A stretch of DNA of 64,000 nucleotides from Octopus bimaculoides (taxonomy: Eukaryota), in assembly GCF_001194135.2 (NCBI RefSeq), contig NC_068989.1, positions 2,776,244 through 2,840,243 of the forward strand, written 5' to 3'. The translations under genes were made by a program, and so were the position numbers. The notes beneath the pieces were generated by a model. It was not told the DNA's origin and did not search any database. It worked only from the letters and a program-made list of their open reading frames with translations. Positions 26,043 through 51,014 of this stretch are shown here, in pieces; the first letter of the stretch is position 1; every line of letters starts with the position of its first letter.

Positions 26043-26387
26043 GTGGAGGCACACAGGCCCAGTGGTTAGGGCAGTGGAATCACGGTTGTAGGATCGCAGT
26101 TTCGATTCCCAGACCAGGCGTTGTGAGTGTTTGAGTGAAAACACCTAAAGCTCCATGAGGCTCCAGCAGGGGGTTGGTGGCGAACCCTGCTGTACTCTTT
26201 CACCACAACTTTCTCTCACTCTTTCTTCCTGTTTCTGTTGTACCTGTAATTCAAAGGGCCAGCCTTGGCACACTGAATCTCCCAGAGAACTACGTTAAGG
26301 GTACACGTGTCTGTGGAATGCTCAGCCACTTGCACATTAATTTCATGAGCAGGCTGTTCCATTGTCGTTGTAACTGATGGAGTGCCA
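26043..26387 (+). mobile_element. tRNA-derived SINE (family A), CpG-decayed copy
   Basis: Aligns by eye with 23955-24322. Confidence 0.9.
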
Positions 26388-28943
26388 CAATTGTCAGTTT
26401 TAATAGCAGATAAATTTTTAATGTTTAATTTCTTTTCGACTTGATTTTTTTGTTTTTCAAAGCATCTACAATTCCAAACTCCCAGCATCAGTTGTTAGTT
26501 GCCAAGACATTGCATCCTTTAAAACCTCCATGCTTCCTGAAATTCCCAACACTACACCTGGTATGCACCCCCACTCCATACGTATGCACACCTGTATATC
26601 ATGACTCATACACTGTTCACCTTCCTGGCTTTTGTACATAATTCTATGTACTGCACATGCACCTTTGATGAGTTGTGCATTAGATGAACAATATTATACA
26701 CCCAAGCAAGCATCCTCAATGAAATTTATAACCATCACAATATTATGAGTGCATTTCAAAAGAAAACAAAAACAAAAATAAATATATATATATATTTGAA
26801 GGCTAATTCCAAATATTTTATTTTTCTAAGATTAATGAATTAATAAAAAAAAAAAAAAAAAATTAAAAACAGGGTAATTCATAATTTTTTTTTAAAAACC
26901 CTGCATTCAATTCCTTTGGCTGTACATCACAAAATATATATGTATGCATGGAATTTCTCCTTTTAAATTCTAAATATAGATGTAAGTATATATATATGCA
27001 TAATTATACACACACACACACACACACAGACAGTGAGAGAAAAAGCTTTTTTTTTTTCTGTTTATACATTTCATATACAAATTTATTATCTCTCTTCAAA
27101 AATTTACTAAATAGTTAAAACTATATATATATATATATACACACACATATATATATTAGTTGCATCACCAAATTAGTGGCATGGCATATTAACAGCCACT
27201 AGAACTAACAATGTTCCCCATTTTGGAAGAAGCTTAGATTCTCTTTGAGCTGCCTAAATCAAGTAAAATACATCCAAAAAAGGCAAATGTCTTTTGGCAG
27301 CTGCTAATGAGTTAGAAAACTAATTTTTTTCAAGGGAAGAAATATTCTATTTCAGAAATATACAATGTGAAATAACTGTTTATTTACATTTACATTAAAA
27401 AAAAAGTATAAGAAACACTTCATTCAATTTAATATCACTAGAATAAATTGTTTAAATGTATTTTTGATGCCCTTAATCAGTTTTCATTTCTATTGAAAAG
27501 TGTGTGTGTGTGTGTGAACAAGCATTTACCTAATCATTAATTAAAGAATGAACAGAATTGCTCAAATTCTGAAGATCTCCCAAATCAAGGTGTATCAAAA
27601 AAAAAAAAAGAATTAAAGAATATCTTGATTTGTCACTTATTTTAATGTTTGTATATATATATTTTTATTGTTATTTTATATATCTTAACAGAACAATCAA
27701 AGTAAGGTATTTTGTACCAACATTTATTTCCCCAAAAATGTTCCCACTTTATTAAAAGTGACAGAATTAGAAAAAAACCAATGTTGCTGGCAGAAACGGT
27801 AAAGTGCTGCACATAATAATGCCTGGCAGGATTTAGCCTCATTCCTTTTGTTCAGAGTCTAGATTTTACCAAAGCCAAACTTTCTTTCCATTATTTCAGA
27901 ATTAATAAAATAAGTGACAGTCAATTACTAGAATTGATGAAATCAATTACACGTCTCCCCTCCAATAGAAATAAAAAATGGTTAAAAGTCATTATCTGAT
28001 AAATTAATACATTAATTTTGTGCTAATTAGTTTTGATTGGCTGCAGGGAAATAATTTCTTTTGAAGAAATTTAGAAGTTTGACTTGAACCCAGTGTATTA
28101 CTGGTGGTTGTTTTATCAATCTTCTCTTTCTTGAGGAATAGAAAATGGAATTTAGTTTTGGTTGGATCTGATTTTTGAAATGCATTCTTCCTCCATACAC
28201 TTATCTTAAAAACCATCTCTGTTATGTTAATCAATGATGTCACATGACAAAGTCCACAAATCTAAACTGCTTCCACTTTGCAAATGTACTTTACAACCAA
28301 TCCTAAAGTTTACATAAAAAAAAATCCAGAAAAGTTTTGAATTTCATCAGAAATATTAAATGTTGAAATAACCTTCATTACCATATGTGATTAAGATTAA
28401 GAAAATGGCTTATGGCATGTGGGAAAATTTGGAAAAGGGAGATCATCAGTCTGTTGATGTTTTTGTAACTGATTTAAATGTCAGAGTTTAAGAATTTATA
28501 AATATGTATTTAAAAAACAATAAGACATACACACACACACACTTTTTTTCAGTTAAAAAAAAAAAAAAAAAAAAAATCAAAAACAATTTTTTGCTGTTTT
28601 GTTCTGTTCAGCAGTATATAGTTGAACACTGTATCAATACTTTTCCTGAATAATATTAATGACATCCCTGTCTTGATTAAAGCTAGTATGGGAAAAAAAA
28701 TTATATATATATATATACATATATATATACACATATATACATATACATATATATACATACACACACAAATCCAGATATCACATTTGCCAATAAGAATAAT
28801 AGTTTTTTTATCAGTACCAATTATAAGATGAAGTAAGAAACGTTCATTTATGTAGTTCATACCACAACTGTCAGAATATAAATTTGGTCTCGTATTACAA
28901 TACCACAGTACTGCTGCCAGCATGAAACAAATCTGTTAAGTCC

Positions 28944-29005
28944 TCAACTTGGACAAGTTTCTTTGCTGCTATTTCGTGTAAATAATCTTAATGTGTTTAT
29001 TTGAT
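28944..29005 (-). CDS. Candidate alternative terminal exon start: (D)QINTLRLFTRNSSKETCPS*
   Basis: Acceptor gtatttccatcag; phase-1 frame open to TGA at 28944-28946. Confidence 0.25.
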
Positions 29006-29599
29006 CTGATGGAAATACCTCCCTCACACTTAAATAACAAACTTAAAAGCTGCAATAGACATTTGAGCAAATATGTTTCTTCTGTTAGATTTTTACATTC
29101 ATCATCTGATGATTGAAATTAAAAAGCATTTAGAAGATGCTTTGATTTTTTTTTTTGTTCCTCTACAAAAATATACCCTTTTGTTGACATATAAGAAGCA
29201 ATTACAGAAAAGAAAAAAAATCACCCCCAGGTCCTATCAAGTTGAACTTCCCATAAGTCTTAAAGCACTAAAAACTTTTTTGTCCAGAATATCTGCTACT
29301 GAAATTGCGGTGTTTCTAATATGCCCATGTGTCTTTTGTGCCACAAAATGCAATACTTTTAAAGTACATTTTTAATATTATTCTTTTACATTATTATTAT
29401 TCTTTCACAAACTATTTATATGTTATTTTTTTATGGTTTAGTAAGAAGCAGTGATTCAGAATATTGGTTTGCTTTCAAACCCAAAACCTGATACCAAAGA
29501 TGACGCTGAACTAAACAATACATTATGTCTACCACTCCCAAAGAGGTGCTTTATTTGACAGCTTATCCGGTACATCACCTTACAAGGTTCACTTGAATT

Positions 29600-29613
29600 T
29601 TAAAACAACCTTT
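29600..29613 (-). CDS. Candidate alternative terminal exon start: (E)RLF*
   Basis: Strong acceptor ttaattttctttag; phase-1 reading gives TAA at 29600-29602. Confidence 0.3.
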
Positions 29614-30789
29614 CTAAAGAAAATTAAAAAAGAACTTTCATTTGATATTCACAGTTCTCACTATTGTCAGACCATTTAAACCTTTTTGCATTTAAACTGG
29701 CCAAAATATTCTGTCTTATGTTCAAACTGGCCAGATATGGGCCCCCTTACAATTACCATAGAATATCATTCTAAAAATTAACAGCTACCTCATAAAATTC
29801 TGAAAGCTATGAGAAAATGCATGATTAATTCAAAATAACAGGAATAAACAAGCATCACTTTGACAATGCTAAAAGATTAAAGTTTTGATGAGTTCAGATC
29901 CATTATACTAACACTTTAATCCTTTCCATACTATGTTTCAAGTTAAAATACATCACTGACACAATGTAGCTAAATTCTGAAATAAATGTTAATTAAAATG
30001 GTTTTATAAGACAACTATAACTTAAATTTATTGATATATCAAAGTGATGTTTCACACAAGAACTTAAAAAACTTTTTACAAGAATCTTTTATGGAATTTT
30101 GTCTCAAAACTATGAATTACAGTTGAATATAGGTAAAATATAAAGTATATTTTGTTTAAATATCTCCCTATAAATTAAGTTAGTAGCCAATGCGACATCA
30201 TACTATATAGCTTAATAAATAACTGATAGCTTCAAGCTAATAAAATGTAGAGCTATAAAACACCAGCTGTTCTCTATTTTCCTCTTGCCTAGTGCTCCTA
30301 TATATATATATGTATGTATATATATATATATATACATACAGAGAGAGAGAGAGAGAGAAAGAATACTGTTGTCTAAGAATCCATACACCAGAAAAAATAT
30401 ACAATTGTATATTTGTCAATAAAGTGGGTATATATTAAGTATACAGTATTATAGATCCATTACAGATGATCTTACCAACTAGTTTCACACAGGATATTAG
30501 GTCATCAGATGATCCAATAACTGTGCTCGTCAGAGATGGCCAGTATGGAACCAATGACAACTAGTACTATTGATAACTTTATATATATAAATAAATACTA
30601 TCAATATATATGTGGTTGCTTAAGAAAACAGCAATAACACTATAAAGCAGTTTTGTGAGAGAAATATTTGCAGTTCATTTTACAAACCATTGAAATAATT
30701 GAACCACTGCTTGCACCACAAACCCTGACCTGTTTATAAGGTGCAAGTTAATTTCCTGGGCCATTTTGTTGGTTTAAAAAAATATTCAC

Positions 30790-30924
30790 CTTTTAAGCCA
30801 CCAAATTTAGTATTGTCAATCTGATGGGCCTCTACGATTTCAATCTGTCCAATTTCACTCACAGGGCTTAGGTTTAGGTGGGCGTAGGAGAGAAGGGGTG
30901 CGGGCTGGGGGGTATATTTTGTAT
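30790..30924 (-). CDS. Candidate alternative C-terminal cassette exon of AMPK-gamma (135 nt, phase 1/1): (D)TKYTPQPAPLLSYAHLNLSPVSEIGQIEIVEAHQIDNTKFGGLK
   Basis: GC-rich island in AT-rich context; acceptor cattgtttag, donor gtgaat; the frame that fits the phase-1 donor at 34939 is open end to end; no homology recognised. Confidence 0.5.
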
Positions 30925-33794
30925 CTAAACAATGTAGTGTGTACACTGGAATGCGTGAAAGTTAAAATTTATAATTAAAAAAGACAAAGCATTTAAGCAA
31001 GATATTCCATGATTTGATTTCTAAAAATTTTGTGCTGTTTTAATATGTATTGAGACATAATTTTTTAATAAGTGTTAGTATTCTTAATAACGTTACTAAT
31101 ACGGATAGTAAATTATAATTTAAAAAAGAAAAAAAAACTTTCTTCTGTCTTTTCAAGCATAAGTACAGATGTTTTGAATTACGGTGTGTGTGTGTGTGTG
31201 TGAATACACACACACACACACACCAGAGTGCTGAACCATTCATGATATGGTACCACAAGACGTAAAATGGAAGAGTCAAACCAATCTGCCTAGGAAGTGT
31301 CTTTGTTTACTAAATCAAAATCATTTCCAAGAACTCAATGGAAAAATAAAAGACATTGAATGTTTTAGGAAGAATGTATTCCTAAGTTGTCTTTATTCTT
31401 AGCAGAATCAATCCCAGAGAGAGAGAGAGAGAGATGAAAGAATACAGACTCTGCTTAGATATGAGCTTAAGACACAGAGGGATGAAAGTAAATCCAATAA
31501 TAGTCTGGTACCATTTGTTTTGCTTCTGCCTTCGACATCAGTTTGAAATCTTTAACAGAAGATTTAAGCAAATTCAGATTATATCACAGTTAGATTATTA
31601 GGTGATTAACAAACCAACAAAAACAAAAAAAAACTCAATTTTATGAATTACAGGAGGTATTAAGCCTCAGCTTAAATATAGCCACGATGAAGACACTCCA
31701 GCCATGACCAACCTGTTTATGTTGTTTACTACTTCTAGTAAGACATTAACCAATTAGAAGACCTTCCTATGAAGATAGGATGGAATTTAAAGGAGATTTA
31801 GCTGCTATTTCTTGCAGAGGAGTTACCTTGTTAAAGCACAGAAGTTTGTCAGACTGGGTGTTTAAACCCAGTTCTTGTGGGGTCATCAGACAGGATTTCA
31901 AATCTCCCCGACAGGATGCTAGTCCACCCCAAGTCTGTTTTGCTGAAGGCCTGGAAGCTATAATAATCCAAGCAGGTAAACTGAGAGGAATAGAATCAGT
32001 GGTCTTATCCACAGACACAGATATACAATACTTAATGATAGAAGAACTTGTGATCCATGGCTTAGTAGTCCCCTACCTTATCCAGCTGATTATTTTTGGG
32101 TGTAGAATTTGAAGTGAAATACATCAGTACTTGTTGCATGAGATAATCATAGGTAAAACTTAGGACCAGGAAAGGAAATATTAAAAGTCAAAAATAAGTT
32201 CATAACATATCTAAGTCTGACGTAAATCAATTAGATTTGATAAATTATGTCTTCTGACAGTGTTCGTTAAACTAATTTCTTAACTGAGCTTGGTTAAGTT
32301 AGCATTTTGCTACAAACAGACTGAATATAATTTTGGTTCTTAACAACAATGCATTGGCAACTTTAGCTGTGATAATAATTTATGTTATGATTATTATTGA
32401 CATTTGAGATTAATAGATTACAGCCAACAAAAATACAAATGGCTAAATTTAAATCCAGATAAGTTTGTTAAAATATCAAATACTTGTTTTCAATACCAGA
32501 TATCTTTTCCATATTCAGCACTAGCTTCTTACAGTGATAATTAAAAAAAGACAAAGAAGACAATCTTTGTACAATTCAATATGATAACATTTTCCAAACA
32601 CGCATGCACACATCCACAACAAATCACTCAGTTTTTTTAAAGTATTCTTAGATGAAAGTTAGAGAATGTTAAAGATGGCGAATCCCATAGTCAGTATTCT
32701 GTGATGGTGTCAATGAGTTGTTCCACTAACTACAAACGATGACTGTTTATTAAAATATGAAGGCACATGTACGTCAACTGGAAATTAATTGTAAACAATT
32801 GATTTTTATGTATTCAACACTGCATAACAGAAAAACTGAGTCTAAAAAAAAGTCTTGTATAGATAAGGAGTATATGTATAACTGAATATATACATACATA
32901 CATACATACATATATATATACACACACACACACATATATATGCATGTATGTATCTTAAAAAAGATACACAATAGAACCAATATTAAATGTATCACAATTT
33001 TGATTCATAATAAAGTAATATTTTCTTATATATAGTAAAATTATTCAAAAAGATTAGCTATTCAAAAAAAATGTAAATTTTCAATTTATTCTTTACATTT
33101 TTTTTAACACTGAAGTTTTTGGTACTGTCAGTTTATCTGAGAAGAATGTATTTCACAAGAAACTAGTTGTAGTTCTAAGACTTATTGTTATTTATGATTT
33201 TAACTTTCATTCTGGATTTAAAAGAAATTCTATAGAGAGCCATTTGTGATGGTTTGTGGATTAAACATTCTGGTAGCAATACATTTTGTGGTATCAAGAG
33301 TGGCACAGAGTGGTAGTCGAGAATCATGTCAAGATTTTCTTGTTAACTGTGCAAAACATTAACTGTAAGTCAAATTGAAAGACAATTACAAGAAATCTTG
33401 TAGAAAAAGAGATAAAAGTGTCTCCAAGATTTTTGAAAAAAAAAAAAAAAATTGTGCAACGACCCGATTGCTTAAATAGTTAAGCTAGGTGTAAGCTAGG
33501 CCACTACTGTTTGATAGGTAAACAGAATCCCTCAAAGACGAGAGAAAGTGTACACAGGTTTTCTGGGATTGAGACAATATTAGTTACAATTTGACTGGGA
33601 ACAGACAACAGTGAAATATGGCCAAGACCCAATCATTTCAACTTTAGTAAGTAAGCACTAGCAGACTTGTGTGCAAATCCTCAAAATCTCAGTTGTCCCC
33701 TTTTCCCACCATCTTTCTAGTAGAATACATGTTGCACTAGGATGGATGATGGTTAAAATGGATGGATTGATTAAAAGAAATGAATGCAGAGAAA

Positions 33795-45201
<11,407 letters not shown>

Positions 45202-45858
45202 CTGAAATAAAGAGAAAATATAGGTTACTTTAGAGAATCGATCATATGGATTAAGTTGCAAAGGAAAAAGGTAGCATTTAATTTTAAGGAAGTAATCTTT
45301 TTATGTGTCAACATCATCCTCATTTAACACCTATTTTCCAAACTGGCATGGGTTGGATGGTTTGACAGCATCCAGCAGGCCTCGGGGATGCTTCGTGTTT
45401 CAGTGACAGCTTTGGCATGGTTTCTACTGCTGGCCGACCTTCTTAGTGCCAACCACTTTACAGAGTGTACCGGGAGCTTTTATCATTCCACTGGCACCAG
45501 TGAGATTGCCAAGTAAATTATAAGAAGAAAAAGAACAGGGGAAAAAGAACCCCCCCCCCCACCACCACTACAAAGTGGCAGAGTATTTGAGAAGGGGAGG
45601 TGGTTTTATGCCAAGTGTTGAAAGGGTACAGAGAGACAAGCAGAGGTGCAATAAAGAAACATGGCTACCCACCATTGTATAAAGATGGGTGGGAATACAT
45701 AAGAGTTTAAAACAAACAATAATTTTGTTCATCTCACATAATCTTGATTTTAGTCAAAGATGATTAATTTTAAGAATATTTATCTCCTAAATGCAAACCA
45801 CACAAATTCAATTAAAATAGCACACCAAATCATTCTAATGTGATTTATTAGACCTTCG

Positions 45859-46072
45859 TTAACACTTTAGCATTCAGATTACTCCTCAAATGTAATTGAC
45901 ATTGTTTTAATTAATCATGTATCACCATAGCTTTGAGATACTGATGATGTGACGGTTTATTTTTAGAATGACACTATGGGGTAGGTGTGAGAGGCTGGAT
46001 TTGGCCAGTCTGAACATGAAACACAAAGAATCTTTGTGACTGATATGGCTGGTTTAAATGCTAAAGGGTTAA
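45859..46072. mobile_element. piggyBac-like MITE flanked by TTAA
   Basis: TTAA-cactttagcatt ... aatgctaaaggg-TTAA; relatives at ~14483-14694, 29675-29881 and 58280-58450. Confidence 0.75.
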
Positions 46073-46717
46073 AGTCATATTTCTTTCACCTCACTTAATA
46101 CACAAGCACACCAACATATACGACGGGCTTCTTTCAGTTTCCGTCTACCACTCACAAGGCTTTAGTTGGCCCAAGGCTATAGTAGAAGACACTGGCCCAA
46201 GGTGCCACTAGTCTATGTAACAATCCCTCTGGTCTTTCAGACCCAACAAGTGAGAAAATAAAATGAAAAAGAAGAAAGAAAAAAATCCGTTTCAATTCTG
46301 TCAGGTTTGACTTTGTTTTTCTTCCTTCCTGTATCAATGTCTCAATCAAACACTTTACTAAACTCACAGTATGTTTCCTTTGAAACTTGTGGCCCAGTTC
46401 CAATATTAAAAGTCAATAAGTTGTTTAATATTGCTGCATTTATGGCATTCAGCATACAATATACTTATATAGATGTATATGCATGTGAAGGTTTACAGAA
46501 ACACTAACATGTATTTTCTGTTGGTTTTTTCTTATGTGAGTAAATCAGTTATCAGTTGATAACTTGTGTGTTTGGAGCTTATTATACTATTCAACAAATG
46601 AAATTCATATAGGTGGATAAAATAAGTACCGGTTGAGTACTGGGGGCCAATGTAATCAACTTAACTACTCCTGGGTAAGAGTATGAAAACTGCACCCATC
46701 TACTATGCCAAGTAGAG

Positions 46718-46999
46718 CAGTGCTACTTGAAGTGGTGGTCTGTGGACTGGTGCCAGTCTGTGAGCCATCAGCTGCTGGTACGTGGCAAGTTTCCAGAAAA
46801 GAAAGAAGCATTATAAAATGCTTATGTAACACTGTATTATTTGTTTACAAAATAAATATAAGATAAAAAAAATTGTCAACTTTTATTATATTCATTATAT
46901 ATATTGTTTCTGGTATAAATTAATATTACCAGTCCTTGGTATATTGGGGAAAAAAACAAAACTGCCGGTACACCACATCAGATAGTTTGAGAAACACTG
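46718..46999 (+). mobile_element. hAT-type MITE (cagtg...cactg), 282 bp
   Basis: Short TIRs; degenerate 8-bp TSD (6/8); inverted near-identical copy at 34268-34542. Confidence 0.8.
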
Positions 47000-49970
47000 A
47001 TGAAGAGCCAGTGTGGCAAGGTAGGCTCATCCAACTAGTATAATGTCAAGCTTTGATTCACAGCCTTCACATCAGAAGGTGGAGAGAACGTGCTGAGGCC
47101 TTCATCCTGCAATGGGCTGAACATAGGCAATCCAACTGAATTCATTTATTTGTGATTATAAACTGGAACGTTTTAGAATGGTTCAAAGTATGTTCTTCAG
47201 TAGTGAATCAATATACTGCATTTTTTAATCAAGTATTGTTTATTAAAATCTTTAGATTTTTATAAGCTGAACTGTAATATTTATTGATATTGTAACAAGT
47301 ATCTCAAGTTTGACCTCATGGTATTGGTTTAATAAAGTAAAATTGCTTAAATCTAGAACTCAACCTGGTCCTACTTATTTTCATTTCTCTGTGTTCATGC
47401 CAAACCCACATAGGTATCTTTGGTCATATGTGCACACCAAAATATAATACCCTTAATCCAGAAATATGAGGGTCCAGTTTTTAGTTTTCTATGCCATTTC
47501 AGTCCTACTTCAGTATTAGTCAAACTGGTTGCAAAATAAAATCCTATTTTCTCTTCTAAATTCTGGTGCCTAATTATGTAGGCTGTACTGTTAGCTACTA
47601 CTTTCATATACACTTCTGAAGTGATTGTTAATGGTTATTAATAGAAGCAAAATATTTCATTCACTAAGCCTCACCAATGTTTACACTTGTTCTCATTTCA
47701 CTATTTTTTTAAGGCTATGGTTGATACGCTTGTGAATATAACTAGAGTACAATAACTCACATGTTTGTTAAAAATGTTTCTGTCTATTTATTCGCCTCCT
47801 CTTTTATTTTGGTAACAGACTGATTGTTCTTTGTTGTATTACTTGTAGCAAAGTTAGTTTGCACACGGTTCTAAATTACCAATTGTTTTTGTTTTTGTTT
47901 TTCTATTAGTCTTAATCCATACAAGCGAGCTTAACTATGTGCAGATAATGTAATCATCACCATCATTGTTTTGACTTTCATTTTCTCATGCTTGCATGGA
48001 TCAGACAGAATTCATTGAGGCAGATTTTCTATGGCCAGATGCTGCTCCCTGTCACCAACTAGCTGTCTCCTTGACTAGATGCATTTTCAATGGGAGATTG
48101 GAAGCAAATGTCCCTGTATGACAGTGACACTTGTTTACAATTATCATGCCATGTCAAGACAAGGAGGCACAACACATGCAAACAGACATATAAGTTCCAT
48201 CCCTTAATTAAAAGCACATGAGAAGGATTCAGAATCAACACCTAAAATGCATACACTAACAATAATAGGAAATCTAACCTCTCCATTTACAAACCAAATA
48301 TTTCTTGTATATATTTGTTGTGTACACTCCTATAAATCAATAAAGAAACAAATGCAATACTTTATGTTTTTTTTACTTGTATTTCATGGCAGGCTAGCAG
48401 TTAGACAGTCATTGATGGAAGACAGCAATTTCCTATTCATAGGAAAAATACCAGGCAACGTGACAGATACAGGTAGATGTAACTAAAATATCAATAAGTT
48501 ATCGTAACAGTATTTGAGTCACTTGAGTCAACACAATACGAAGAAAACAAAACATCTCAATAATGCTTGTTAAATTAATCATTTCTGATTAAAAGGGGGG
48601 GGGGTGAAGAAAAGGGAAAGTTATGGAGTCAGATCAGGGATAAAAGTACTGGAGTTCAAGCCTGTTAATTACTTCAGAGGCATAGATATTCTTTCACTGG
48701 TCCAACCCATGCCAGCATGGAAAGCAGACGTTAAACAATGATGTTGTAGTCATTAGGGAGCAGTCACATTGGGGTCTCTACCACCTTCAAACGATTTTAG
48801 CTGATAATGTTGACCCTACAACTCATTTCAATGTAGTACATATTCTATCAGTTGCTGTTTGCTGAACCACTAAATCAGAGATATAAAGGACAACACAAAC
48901 AAAATTGGTTTTTAGACTAAAGTAAACAATAACACAAAGGGTGGATGACCAGAGGGACAGACACACACAATTCTTGCAGTTTCCACAAACCAAATTCCAC
49001 TAATACGGTGACCAAACTAAGGCTATAGTAGAAGACAATTGTGCCAAATGTAAGGTGTACATTCCAAAGAAATGAATAGACAGAGCAGTCCATCTTTGTA
49101 ATTTGAGAAGTCTCAGCTCCATTCAACACAAAGAAACTTAGTGATGCAAAGACCGTATTGTTTGCTTTATTTTAATATTTATTAAGAAAGATAAACAGAA
49201 GAAACAACAGAGCATTCTTCAAAGTATTACAGTTTTTAGTTTCACTCCTCTACAATATTCAAATCTTCACCAATTTAACTGTTGTTTACCCATTTAAATG
49301 TTGATAAAATAAGTACCAGTAATATACCATTGTAAGGTGGTGAGATGGCAGAATTGTTAGCAGACCAGGCAAAATGTTGAACAGTATTTTGTTCATCTTT
49401 ATGCTCCAAGTTCAAATTCTTCTGGGGTTGACAAAATAAGTACCAGTTGAGCAGCGGGGTTGATGTAATTGACTGACCCACTCAGCTGAAATTGTGCCAT
49501 ATAACATTATTCCCCTTTGAAATTTTGCCTCTATTGAAACATAAATATGTTTCACCTACCATATTTACTCAAGTAAAATGCAATCATAAATCTCATGAAC
49601 ACCGCCCCCTTCTTAAACTCAAGTCTAATGCTGTCCAATTAATTTTGGCCCTGATGTTTTGTACAAAATTTCTCACATTAAACAAGAGTAAATAGACTGC
49701 TGTTGTCTCAGTTATGACTTGGTTGCGTAGATCAAATGTCAGATGATTAGAACAAACACATTTTCTTAAAGTAAATGAGAAACTGAATTTGATTTTGCAA
49801 GTAAAAAATTGGAGTGGTGGCATAAAGCAGATGTCAAATGCATTGAAAAAAAAGGAAAAAAAAAAAGAAAAAAAAGAAATATATTCTAAGACAAACATCA
49901 ATCAGTGAGTATGTTTATTGGCTTTATTAATTAGGACTCTTCTCAAATATAACAAATGAGAAATTCTGTC

Positions 49971-50204
49971 CAGAGCTGTGGAGTCGAGACAAAAAATTTT
50001 GACTCCTTTACTATTGGCACCTCTGACTCCGACTCCTCTTTATGCAATTAAGTGCTTGTGGTCTACATATCTCGTAAAGCATATGCATACGCTTGTACTT
50101 TGAGTAGGCCTATGTGTTATAATTGGTTTATATCAAAGAATAAAGATATTGTGAGTCGGAATCAGAGTCGGTATAGTTTTACTGACTCCGACTCCACAGC
50201 CCTG
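49971..50204. mobile_element. hAT-type MITE with perfect 8-bp TSD
   Basis: TIRs cagagctgtggagtcg / cgactccacagccctg; ATTCTGTC at 49963-49970 and 50205-50212. Confidence 0.9.
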
Positions 50205-50816
50205 ATTCTGTCCATATCTGATTCATATTCTTTGTTTTTGCTTAAATTGTCATCTCAGAAGTGTCGCTATTCCACATGAAAACTTCATTGTTAACACTTA
50301 TCTAAGAATCTACAATACTTTAAGGTGCTCCAGCATGTTGGATGCACAACCCGCTCCACTTTCAGTAGTACTTATTTAGGAAAAAAATGGTTCTAGTGCA
50401 CTGAAGCATGAATATATAAACCCAACTCTACATAGGTCATGAAATGATATTTTGAGAAAAAGTGCCTCTTATACGTTGCTGCCACCATCATCATCGTCAT
50501 CTAACATCTATTTTTCCATGCTGGCATGGGTTAGATGGTTTGACAGGAGCTGGCAAGCTAGAAAGCTACACAAGGCTCCATTTCTCTGTTTTGGCAGGAT
50601 GCCTTCCTAACGCCAACCGTTTTACAGAGTGTACTGGGTGCTTTTTACATGGCACCAGTGGGGTCACCAAGAGAGGGAGTGGGATGAAGGGAAATGACTG
50701 TTGGCCAGGTGAGCGGTTAGAGTATAATAAAGGGACAAAGATATTTGTCTAACAATAGAGATACATGGCTACTCCGGTAGGATGAGGAAGGAGAGTTAGA
50801 GAAAGATAGAGAGACA

Positions 50817-50819
<3 letters not shown>

Positions 50820-50906
<87 letters not shown>

Positions 50907-50973
50907 CAGAGTGAGAGAGAGAGAGACAGAGTGAGAGAGAAAGAGAGAGAGAGAGAGACAGAGTGAGAGAGAC

Positions 50974-51010
<37 letters not shown>
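50820..51010. repeat. (GA)n compound microsatellite; others at ~1097, 44729-44838, 51575 and 57940
   Basis: Direct inspection. Confidence 0.95.

Positions 51011-51014
<4 letters not shown>

Noticed and set aside
30476-30560. Additional 85-nt exon (donor gtaaga)
   Set aside because: Weak acceptor; the phase-1 frame hits a stop; no homology
31767-32112. Overlapping 83-aa and 110-aa ORFs
   Set aside because: Composed of MITE/SINE-tail fragments; no recognisable protein
47761-47870. 5' UTR exon ending in a split start codon (AT|gtgagt)
   Set aside because: Requires a phase-2 exon beginning with G, which was not found; incompatible with the 45201 acceptor
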